Shown here: positions 9,101 to 21,100 of the stretch, one piece after another
Numbering within the stretch: the first letter of the stretch is position 1
Layout of the letters: the number at the start of each line of letters is the position of its first letter
Assembly (NCBI GenBank): GCA_038087875.1
Contig: CM075989.1
Coordinates: forward strand, 12,898,001-12,958,000
DNA length: 60,000 bases
Reading direction: 5' to 3'
Origin: Malacoraja senta
Taxonomy: Eukaryota
The notes under the pieces: model-generated
Told to the model about the DNA's origin: nothing
Databases searched by the model: none
The model's input: only the letters and a program-made list of their open reading frames with translations
Made by a program: the position numbers and the translations under genes

Positions 9101-12100
9101 CTTTGCTGTTGACAGTCAGCTAACCTGAAGAAAGCAACTTTTCAGCATTTGAGTTCGACAAGTGCTCAATCTATGCCAGAGTCAGGATCACTCCTTAGCT
9201 TGGGGGTAATTCGAGGCTACTGCAGCTGATCTCTGCCCCTTCTCAGTTGACCACTCACTGTTGCACTAGTCAGGTCAACCAAGCTCCATAGTCAAGGAGA
9301 GGGGACTTTAGCTCATTATCCTTCAGCCCATTGCAGCTGGTAGAATGGGCACAGTGCTCAACCAACATTGTAGATTTCCACTGGTGCAGGATATCCCTGG
9401 ACATCTCTTAGACAACCTTCAGCCTACAGTACTGTCTGCAGCCCTGGGGAATCCCTGTGCACTCTCGTGCATAAACAACCTAGTCCTGTGGATACTATTC
9501 TTCACTAACCATCCAGGTGTTCCAAATCTCTGGGAGTCTCCAATCCTGGCTGCATCCATTCAATTCAGTGGCAACACTTCCCTGTGACTGGAAGAGTGCC
9601 ACCTGGCTTGAGGAGATTTCACCTGCTGACAACTACAGGAACTTGCAACACAATGGAATGCTGCACTGAAACCAACAATCAGCATTGGTACGTTGTTGCA
9701 CAAGCAATCTGACCACACTGCTCTGGAAATCTCCCAGTTATAGTACTTGCTCATTGCAGAAATAAGTATTGGGAGAGGAAATGCAATTTTAACACCAGAA
9801 CAACCAATAGAGCAGCTTTAGGCCTACTTATTACCATTTTATTTTCAAAATAAAACGTAATATAAATTTCCAACATCCCATTATTACAAGTTATTGGTCT
9901 CCATATATATTTCCTTTTCATCCAAAATACTTACGGATTACTGTTGCTGTTGCTCATCCATTTGTTGAAAAGCTCCTGTGCTTTGTTCTGACAGTCCTGG
10001 TGCCCATAACCACAGGCCACACTCATGGCAACAACCTCATTGTACCTGAAAAGAGCAAGAAGGGGTTCACTTTCAGTTGCGAGCGGAGCACCAAGGCAAA
10101 TTGTGTACATACTTTGCCAATAAGCTTATTCCTTCATTCATTCGAGGAGTAACTGCAGCACTGTGAATCGTAAAGTAACCGCAGTCTGACACAACGCTAT
10201 TCATTGGAATACCACTTTGCTCTTCCCTTCATATTAAGGATACCGCGGGAGCCATGATCACAACATGGTAGAATTTCAGAGGCAGTTTGAGGATGAACGC
10301 CCCAGCCCTAAACCAGCGTTTTCAGCTAAATAAGGGTAGTTACAGGGGCTGGAAATTGCAACCTTCACGTGGTCCGCCCTGTTTTGACGAATGCAACCAA
10401 CCTGGCGTGCACAATCAAGTAAGATCAAATAGAACAAGTTGTCCTACAACTTGAGGCTTTGCACGCCATATGCAAGAAGAAGAAGAAGAAGGGTAGTTAC
10501 AAAGATATGAAGCTGGAGTGAGCTGGAGTGGATTGGGTCAACGAGGATAGGTCAGCAGCAGGTTATAGAAACAGCTAATTTTTCATATCATTCAACAGAA
10601 AGTTATTTCAATTGGAAAAAGTGATCCTGGGAAAAGTATGAATGATTAACATGGGGATCAGGGATAATGTTAACATAAAAATTAGGCCATAGGGTGATGG
10701 CATACCAGAGAACTGTTTTTTTCGAGAATCAGCACCAGAAGACTAAAATACTAATAAAGACGGAGACAATTGATTATGAGAGCAAATTTGCAAGTAATAT
10801 CTGGCCTGTCCTCCAAAAATGTTCCACATCTCTAAAAGGACAACTGTATTCTAAACACTAGGGAACAGAGGCTTAGTCCAGGCAATCGCTCCCTGGCTTC
10901 CCATGCCAGGGAACAACCTTTCTATGCCTCAACCTTTCAATGAGATCATGCCTCTTTGTTAAATTCCCAGACCACAGGGATATTTTCCTTAAAATATAGT
11001 CCTTCTTTTCCTGGAATCAAATAGTGAACAGTCTCCGCACTGCCTCCAAGGCAAATATACTGTCCTTAAATCACCAGAACTGCAGATACTCACTGATTCA
11101 TGTGGCCTTCAGAAGGTGTTGTCCAGTTTCCAGTAATATTTTTAAAGTGGTCGTACAATGGGGTCACCTGTTGAAGTATGTATTTCTGTATGTAATAAAA
11201 AACAGTGTCAGCCATAAAATATACTTCTCACCTTAGAGATGGCAGCTCCTTCCACAGCCATTACAAATTAGATGAAGCCCGTCTCCACCTCATGAACCAT
11301 TTCTCACAAACCACAGACCCTCTGTTCACTTGCTGGATATTCACCAACAGAACAAAAGTTCTCTGTAACTAGACAAACCACATTCACTGGGCTCCAAAAG
11401 AAGGACATGAGAAGATCAACCTCAGAGATCAACCAATGTCTCTCTAATTTGACTTCCTAATGACGAGGAAGACATGAATTCTTAGTTATGTAATCAACAT
11501 TAATTAGCCATGCTTGGTTTTCATTGGAGGCACAAGAGTGAAGATGCTGGAATTTGCAATGAAGCAAGAGGAAGTTGGAGGAACTCAGCAGTTCAGGCAG
11601 CTTCTGTGAAGGGAAATGGACAGTTGACATTTCAGGTTGGGACCCTTCATCTAGACTAGACCAGAACATGGTCCATACAAAGGATACCAAACCAAAACAT
11701 CACCTGACCATTTTGCTCAACAGATGCTCCCAGAGTTCCTTCTGAGGTTCTTCAGCTGCTCTCTAGTTTTCATCAGTTGGCCTACTGCACCCTAGAGCTG
11801 CAGACAAGGAGTGCGACTACGGTCTTCAGGTGAGGCTTGGGGAAGGAGGGGCATTGGGGGGAGGAGGAGGAGGAAGGGGGGTTCACCAAGTGAGGGACAG
11901 AATCACCTAGGTGAGGGACGGGGGCAGTTGGTCAAACAAATCTACCGATGAGGTCGGCATGGGTGGGATGCAATAAGTCCACCACAAGGGCAGGTAATGT
12001 TAGTGTGTCCATTACATATAATGGCAAAAGGGACAGATGCGCCCGTATTTGATTTACTGGAGATTACTGCCACACAGCTCTGTTTGAACTCACTAAATTA

Positions 12101-15100
12101 ATTTTCATTATTCCTTACCTTCATGTTTCCGAACACTTCACTACGGTCAAACATGATCTTAATGTAAGCCAGGTTATCCAGCGCTGCCTGCCATGGAATA
12201 TATTGTCGCTCCTTGTACAGGTAACTGGTTGTATTCAGTGCTGCTGTGGTAGCACGGTACTGAGCTCTAGAATTGGCAAAGAGCATTTAGTCCATTGCGT
12301 TTGGAAACAAGTGCCTTCTAAACATAACACAGTCTTTGGCCAGCTCCCCCTCCTGCAGTGACCAAAGATGTGTACCAAACTCAGCCAAGTTCTTCTGATG
12401 TAGGAACTAATGATTCTTTACTGGGAGACTGGGAAGGTCTGACAGAACACAATCACCTAATGAGAGGGAGGCCTGCATTTAAATGGTATCTTTAAGGTAC
12501 AAAATCTTCCAGGATGTTTTGGAGAATCCACCGAAAGACAGATGCGAGGTCAGGGAAGCAGGGTTTGCAGGAACAATGAAAGGTTTGATCGCTGAGCTGG
12601 GCTAGAAAGACGGTGAAGGTCAGTCAACAAGTTGAAGGATTTAGGCTCAGACCTCCAGAGTTGAAGCCAGCAGCTGGAAGAGAAATATGGATTCAAAGGA
12701 CACTGGGCATGAGAAACAGAGTTTGTGAAGATGGGAGGGGGTTGAGCCAGAGAAGGATTTTTAAAAAAAAAGACTACATTGGTTTGTCAGTGGTTACTTT
12801 ACGGAGACCTGCTCCTGGTAGCAGTTTTTCACAAACATAATTAACTTCAGTGTGATGATTAGGTTCAATCTTCACAGGAATAGGATTATTCCCGATGTTG
12901 GGGAAGTCCAGAACTAGGGGTCACAGTTTAAGGATAAGAGGGAAGTCTTTTAGGACCGAGATGAGAAGATAATTTTTTACACAGAGATTGGTGAATCTGT
13001 GGAATTCTCTGCCACAGTTCATTGGCTATATTTAAGAGGGAGTTAGATGTGGCCCTTGTGGCTAAAGAGATCAGGGAGTATGGGGAGAAGGCAGGGATGG
13101 GATACTGAGTTGGATGATCAGCCATGATCATATCGAATGGCGGTGCAGGCTCGAAGGGCCGAATGGCCTACTCCTGCACCTATTTTCTATGTATCCAGGG
13201 ATCTTCAGATCATCGTGGGCCATCTTATCACTTTCATTCAAGCCAAACATTAGCTCCCAAACCAATGATTGCTGATTACCTCTGAATAAAGAGGACATTC
13301 TTTGCCTGTTGAATGGCATTCCATTTATAGTAGAAGTCCAATTTATTTTGTCCATTCACATGGCAAAATCAGCAATAATTGCCTTTGAAAAGGTAGTGAT
13401 TGACAGTGTGCTTGGACCACTGCGGCCACTCTGGTGGAGCTGTTCCCGACAGCTGCTGGAGCGGGGAGTTGCATAACCTAGACCCAGTGATGAGCAAGAT
13501 AGGACAAAATAATTCCAAATCAAAGTGGTTTGTGCCTTGAATCTGCAGTGGCAGCATTCTTATGCGCACATCCTTTGTGGAGGTAGAGTCCATGGGTTTG
13601 GACGGTGCAATGAAGTAGCTTTGGTGAGTAACTTTGTAACTGAATCTGCTGGTGGAGAGAGATAAATCAAGCTGGCTGCTTTGTCTAAGATGGCCACCAA
13701 GCCACTGATTATTTATGTGGTTGGTCCAGTTATATTCTGTTCAAACAAGAAGCCCCTGACTCAGTGATGGCAGAGAGACTGAACTGTCTCTACTGTCAGC
13801 CCCTGTCCAAGCATTGTCCAGGTCAGGCTGCCTTCCACACGCTCTGTACACTTCCCTGCTTCCTGCATTCTCAGAATTTATTTCACAAAAAGAACCCTCA
13901 TCTTGTTTACTGGATCTGCAATATTTGGCTTTATTTTTTTTTGCCATATTATTGTATTTCCTGTGTTGTGATATCAAGTAATCAACCTGGCAGCATCTTA
14001 CCTTGCGAGATTGAAGGCGTCAGCCATTATTTGGGCTCTGTTTATGACCGGTATAACCTATAAAATAAATATCACACTCTTTTGAAAGCTGTATTGATTC
14101 CCCAGAGAAGAGGCTGCGCTTTAAATAACAATGTAATACAAAAGGAACTGCAAATGTTGCTTTCACTTCACGTGAATGCAGGAATGTAATGACCTCCATG
14201 CAAAAATCTAAACACTGAGTTCTGGACCATAACGTGTCAAGGCCACTGGCAAGCCCCAGAGTCCAGTGTGGTTGTCAGACTATAGAGTTTGCTGGAATAG
14301 TTGGGCAGCAGCAGGAGACTGAGAGAGTTTCTGAAGCTGTTCTCGAGTCTATGACAGAGGAGTGGAAAGTACAAATGGCCTGCAGTATCTTCTGTCCATC
14401 AGAGAACCTCCAGTCACTGCCTCAAAGATCAAGAGAGGCACTGGGCCAAAGGTCCTGAGATCAGTGCCATGGCGTAGTGCACTCAACGACCCCACACTTG
14501 GTCAAGGCCAGCGAGACCATCTTCAAGTGCCATCGCCCACTGAGCAGACCAACAGCCTTGGACGTGTCCAAAGCACCCACCCACACCAACATCCTCTGTC
14601 AGTCAGGACTGAGGCCCACTTCACAACTTCCATTGCAGAGCCACAGAATTATACCATTGGGAATTTTCCCTTCAGCCCATTGTGACCTTACTGTGCCTCA
14701 AATACTCATCTTGCATTTTCTAGCACTTGGCCTGAAGCCTTCTACACTACGATGTTTCAAATGCTCATCTAAATGCTTCTTAAATATTGTGAAAGTGCCA
14801 GCCTCCAGCACCCCCTCAGTCAATGTCATAGGCCACACAGCACGGAAACAGGCCCTTCGGCCCAACTTATTCAGGCTGAACAACTGCCGCCATTTGTCTG
14901 CGATTGACCCATATCCTTTTAAACCTTTTCCCATTCATGTATCTGTCCAGATATCTTTGAAATATTGTCTTTTAAGGTCGAGAAAATGCCAAAGGTCACT
15001 TCAATATCCCTGCAGTAACATTACCAGTGGTTTCTTACACTAATGAAGGGGGCTACCTGTTGATTCCATTACAAAACATGAACTCTTCTGCCAGCTCCTT

Positions 15101-18100
15101 AACCAACACTATAGGCAGAGGGATGAAGTGGGTGCTCACCTCATGGTCCAACTTCAACTGATTAACAAGGTTGTTCCAGTTCCTCTCATCGTAATTCACC
15201 TCGGTAATATCCCACAACGTCAAGGTTTGCCAAGATCCAGTTGTCCGAAGTGTAACTCATCTCTTGTATAGTGTCTACATTAGGAATTAAAACACTGATT
15301 CTTTTCTGATCAAGTTTGACACTGAAAAGGGTCTTCTACCTGAAGCACCAATTCTGTTTCTGTTTCCACAGGGGCAGCCTAAGCTGCTGGGGGTCGGGGC
15401 AAAGAAGAACAGTCTCCTGGACAAATCCCATCCTTAATCTCTCCAGTGACAAAGTGGCATCCACATGACATCTGTCCATGGAGGCCAAACCTGGAGGAAA
15501 CTTCTCAGTCCCAGAATCAACCTCTCATCCCTGACTCGCCCCAACACCCCCAACTCACTCCCCTGTACCACTGGCACCCCACCCCTGACCGGCCCATGGC
15601 ACCCCACCCAGACTCCCCCCATCCCCTCACCCACTGGCACAACCCCAAACTCACCCCTCTGACACTTCACACCCATTACCTCACCCCACTCCCTTGACAT
15701 CCCACTCCTCCTCTGACGCATCCCAGATTCACCCCCCCCCAACACCTCACCCCACCCCCCCCGACAACCTCACCCCACCCCCCACCCCCAACAAGTTACG
15801 CCACCCCCACTACCCCTCCCATCCCCGAGACACCTGGCCCACCCCCACCAACTCACCCTTCCCCACTCTCCCACCCCACCACCATCTCACCCCACCCCCA
15901 CAACTCACCCCACCCCCACTACCCCCCGAGACAACCTGTCCCCACCCCCACCAACTCACCCTTCCCCCACTCTCCCACCCCCCGACTCCTCACCCCACCC
16001 CCTCCCTCCCCTCCCCCACCCTGCCATCTCACCCCTCACCCCACCCCCCACCCCCAACAACTCACCCCACCCCACCCACCGACACCTGGGAACAACATCT
16101 CCACCAATTACACCACTGGAACCGTCTCCCTGAGAGGACTTCCCCAGCTTGCAGAGTTCCTACCTTCACTTTTCATTAACCAGGTTAAGTTCTGCTCCGT
16201 GGTTCCCTTCATCCACCTAATTGGGCACGAACCAGACATAGCTGAAAGACAAACGCAAGGAAAGGGTTTGTGTGCATTGGTCAGGCACTGGCTGAGAGAT
16301 ATCCTCCACCACTTCTCTCCTCCTGACCAGTGATGGTATCCCTGGTGCCCAGGAATGCACTGGTTGGGTTACCAGAGATTTGGACCAACTCATTTACAGT
16401 TTATCTCCCACCACAGCAGATGTGGAATGTAATTTAGTTAATACTTGGAAGAATACCAACTGGTTTTTAGTAATGACAGTATCATTATGTGGTAAAATGC
16501 TTCACTTCATCTGTGGGCAATGAATTCCACAGATTCACCCCACCCTCTGGTATGTCCTTTATTCCGAAGCTGTCCCCTCTGGTACGAGACTCTCCCACTA
16601 TGGAAACATCCTCTCCACATCCACTCTGGCTAAGCTTTCTATTCTTCCCACATCGTGCTCCATTACCACCTTCCTTGCTCTCACTTAACCCATCAACATC
16701 CTTTTGTTTCATCCTCTTGCTTCAGTTAGTCCCTCAATCTAAGTAGGGAACATGGAGTATGAATATCTGAGACGCTGGACTATTCCTGGTGTCATCCCAC
16801 CAGTCAGGTTGACAATTTGAAAGTGCTCCACCTCTTCCTGCTGCCTGCTTCTGTCCTTCAAAAAGACCTTCCATCACTGCTGATGTTCTACACGCACTGC
16901 ATCATAAGTTCATAAGTGATAGGAGTAGAATTAGGCTATTCGGCCCATTGAGTCTACTCTGCCATTCAATCATGGCTGATCTAAATCTCCCTCCTAACCC
17001 CATTCTCCTGCCTTCTCCCCACGCTCTTTGACTGTGAAAAACCACTGGTGTGGTATTGTCAGAAACTCCAGAGGGAATTCGTCACCGGCTTACCAACCCC
17101 TGATTTATAACGCCTTTGAAAACGGAACCCGCTCACTGCGGGACTGTCTATCTACAATACTTCTTTATCTCCAATTACTCCCGTCAAGAAACTCAAAACA
17201 ATTTTATTGAGCAAGGCCTGCTTTTTATAAAACCCTGTAGACTCTGCCAAACAATTCTCTTATTTTCCAAGTGCTCTCTTATCTCTCCCTCATGGCATGT
17301 TCCAACATTCTGCTGATGGGTGACAGCTTGTAGTTGGTTCCAGTTTGCTCTCTCCTTCCTATCATGAACAGTTGATTAATTTGTCGTTTTCACATCCATT
17401 GGGGCCAATCTGGACCTGGGGAACTTCAGCAGATCAGACGGTATGTTTTATATACTAGGAATTCTACAGTCCAGATCCAAACCTATAAAAGTTCATATTA
17501 CGAGCTCCTAATTGAGCAGACGTACCTGAAGTTTGAGGGACGGGTCACGGTTGAATTGGATCAAGGAGGGAAATGTTTTCTGGCTGACGATTCCTTTTTC
17601 CGTGTCAATGGTAACCACAGGGAACCCCATTTGCAGTGTCCATCGACTCATAATTTCATGCACTGTGTTTGGCAATATGACATTGCCCTCTGCAGCCTGG
17701 AAGTGAAAGAAATTAATGAGTGGCCTAAAGTCAGTGGCCCATCACGATCCAAATGAAAAGTCAATCCCAGGAATCCTGGTCTCTTATCAGCAGGAACTCT
17801 TTTACATTGCTTCACCAAATTCCTCAAAGAGCTCCAACTAATTGATCGGACAGCATTTTCCTTTCACAAAACCAAATCACCTTCTAGTTACCTTGAATTT
17901 TCCTTACTGTCCTGCTAAGAAATCTTACTGTCCTGCTATGAAATCTTCAGTAATAGTTTCTAACCCTTTCACTGTGACATGGATGGCATAGCGGTGCAGT
18001 GGTAGAGTTGTTGCCTCACAGCACCAGAGACCAGGTTCGATCCTGACCTCTGGTGCTGTCTGTGCGGAGTTTGCACATTCTCCCTGTGACCATGTGGGTT

Positions 18101-21100
18101 TCCTCTGGGTGCTCCAATTTCCTTCCACGTCCCAAGGACGTGCAGGTTTTTAGATTAATTGGCCTCTGTAAATTGCCCCCTAGTGCGTAGTGAGCGAATG
18201 AGAAAGTGGGTAGCATAGAACTAGTGTGAACGGGTGATCAATGGCCAGCACGGTGGACCCCTACCATTACAATGTCTTCCTTCCTTTGACTTCAATCAGA
18301 GCCACATAACCCACCTCACTTGGCCTGGGACGGACCACCAGGCGAGGAGGTTTATTGTCATTGGAAAGTTCTGACACCGACTACCTCTGTCTCGGGGTGT
18401 TGACTGAGGGTGGGATGATCACTCGGTGATTTCCCATGTTGTTGGCAACTGGACTTGAACCCCTCCAGAGGTGTGGCTTCTCAGGTCTCCAGTACTACAG
18501 CTGGGATGTTCTCTGAGCCCCTGGTCTTTGCTGCATCCAGTGCCCTCAGGCACTTCCAGAAAGTTATGAGAGGCATAGATAGCGTAGACAGTCAGAATCT
18601 TTATCCGAGATGGAAAAGTCAAAATACTAGAATACGTAGCTTTAAGTTGAGAGTTTAAATGAGATGCGTGTGTCAAGTTTTTGTTTTTACATAGAGGGTG
18701 GTGAGTGCCTGAAATATGCTGTCAGGGGTTGTGGTTGAAGCAGATACATTCATGGCACCTTTAAGAGCCTGTCCCACTTTCACGACCTAATTCACGACCT
18801 TTTTTACTCGTGGACATTTTTCATCAGGCTAGAAAAACGGCCCGACCTACTTGATGCCACGAGTACCTACGACTAGCATCACGACCTACCTACGACCTCG
18901 TACGACCATGCTGCGAGTACGAGTCAAGGGCAAACTCGGCAGAGGTCGTGAATTAGGTCGTGAAAGTGGGACAGGCCCTATAGATGGGCATATGGATATA
19001 TGCAGGGTATGATATGGGTTATGTGCAGCGAGATATGTGATGGTCTTGGCATCATGTTCGGCACAGACGTTGTCAGCCGAAAGGGCCGGTTCTTGTGCTA
19101 TACTTTTGTATGTTCTATGTTCTACATCATGTGCATTGGCTGAAGACTGGTTTCGGTGAGGGTGGGGTCATCAGGAGGGAGCCCTCCTCTCCTCTGGCCG
19201 ACTTGACTTCAGCCTTTCCTCGAGCATTCATGTGCAGGCCCCACTATCCCTTGTTCAGTCCCCACCATCACCCATGATGGGGATATTGTCACAGCCTCTT
19301 CCCCTCAAATAGATCAGGGTCATTCACACTTACAGAGCATGGAAACGGGCCCTTCAGCCCGCTCCATGCTGACCAAGGTGCCTTGCTGAGCTTGTCTCAT
19401 TTAGCCTATGGCCTAAACCACTGTCCAAACCACATATCTGTCCAAACATTTTTTTTAACGTTATAATGGTATTTCACATTTCCTCAGGCAGCTACATCCA
19501 TATATCCTTAACCCTCTGTGTAAAATATTTGCCCCTCAGGTCTCAATTAAATCTTGCCACTCTCACAAACACATGTCCTCCAGTTTAGACCCAACTACCC
19601 TGCAAGAAGGACTGTGACTGTCCACCTTATCAACACCCCTCATGATTTTAGAAACTTTTATAAAGTCACCCCTCAGCTTCCTTTGCTCCAGGGTAAACAT
19701 GTCCCAGCCTACCCAGCCTCTCCTCATGACTCAATCCCTGATATTTGTTGTGGATCTTTGCTAGTGTAATTATCTTCCACTGCTCATGACTATCTGTTCT
19801 GGGATTACAGAGCTTCCCTCTGCATCGCTCGTTCTGAGATGTTTTAGCAGATTGGGATGTGTTGCAGGTTCAGGAGGCTGGGACCCCACCGTCAGTGGGT
19901 CTGCTGCCACTGACCCTTCTGTTGTTCTCACTGGATCAGGGCTGTTGTTCCTTGCTGGTCACAGGCCACCGGTTACAGTGTGTCACTTCTGCAACTACTG
20001 ATGTCCACAGCGCCCTGTGGATGGCCAATTCTCAGCTGCCAAATCTCTCCTACATTTTCCCAGTTCATGGATGGTGGTAAAAACAAACAGGTCCATTTGG
20101 GGAAGTGATTAAATCATGGACAGTTTAACTTCCCACCTGAGCTAAGGCAGCCCACTTTAGCATTACTATTCTTGCTCTGACTTGTGGAATGAGTACAAAG
20201 GACACTCGGTCTCTGCAGAGACTGCAATGGCCTGGAATCTGCTGCCTGTTGATTACTGCTGCCTTTGGAGCCATGGTAAGTGACCAGGAAGCATCGTGAG
20301 ACGCAAGCAGAGAAGATGCCAAAGGCAGCAATGCTGAAAGGGACAAACCTCGACTGCATGTTGCTGACGTTGCACATCACTGCACCTTGTTACTGGAAAG
20401 AACAGCGGATTCAACTCCTATAAACAACCAACTAGAGTCTTGCTCATTTCCAGGGGCAGGCTCTACATTGTTTAAAGGGCTGCTCCAGCTCAACTGCACT
20501 GATACTCTTCACCCCACATCAGTCCACCTCTGGACATGACAATGATCATCTAAAGAGATCGAAACATAACAGGTTCATGTGTCTGACTTTCTGCCTCACT
20601 CACAGCTCAAATCAAGCTGCTTACACAGTTACTGCCTCGTGTACCTGCTCAAGATCCACTGCCCCCCCTCACTTGGCTGTTTGGGGAGGTTTTAGTCAGG
20701 AGAATTTCTAACCCAATATTCATTCTGAGAACACATTCTAGTGGAAAGCTCATTGGGCTTTAGAATCCCAACCTGAAACCATCAACAAAGAGCATCCAGT
20801 TTAAAGAGAATTGATTATGAGAATCTTGAGTTGAACAAGTGATAACAGAGTCAGTCTGTCACAGGGAGGGATATCACCCGACAGAGGAGCTGTAATCACA
20901 TGCACTTGATACTCAAAGTTGGAGTGAATGTTTGTAGTAAACGGTGTTTCAATTTTCAACATTATTAAAATCTATCAGTTTTATTTTCTTTTGTTTAAGA
21001 TACCTTTTGCAGATGATCAAAGAGGTCGTCATATACCGTGTTCCCATATGAAAATTCAGTAAGGTAGCTCTGTAGGGAAATAAAAAGTATAGAAATTCAG

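Noticed and set aside
15140..17696. Programmed or compensatory frameshifting (three +1 shifts sum to +3)
   Set aside because: The shifted frame meets TGA in exon 11, so the net +3 does not restore a protein.
17904..17945. Short tandem duplications (21 bp here; ~26 bp near 24766-24825)
   Set aside because: Ordinary slippage events within old repeats.
17985..18060. tRNA genes at SINE heads (also 28950, 44160, 47260, 56150)
   Set aside because: A/B-box-like motifs continue into a shared SINE body; no complete cloverleaf.
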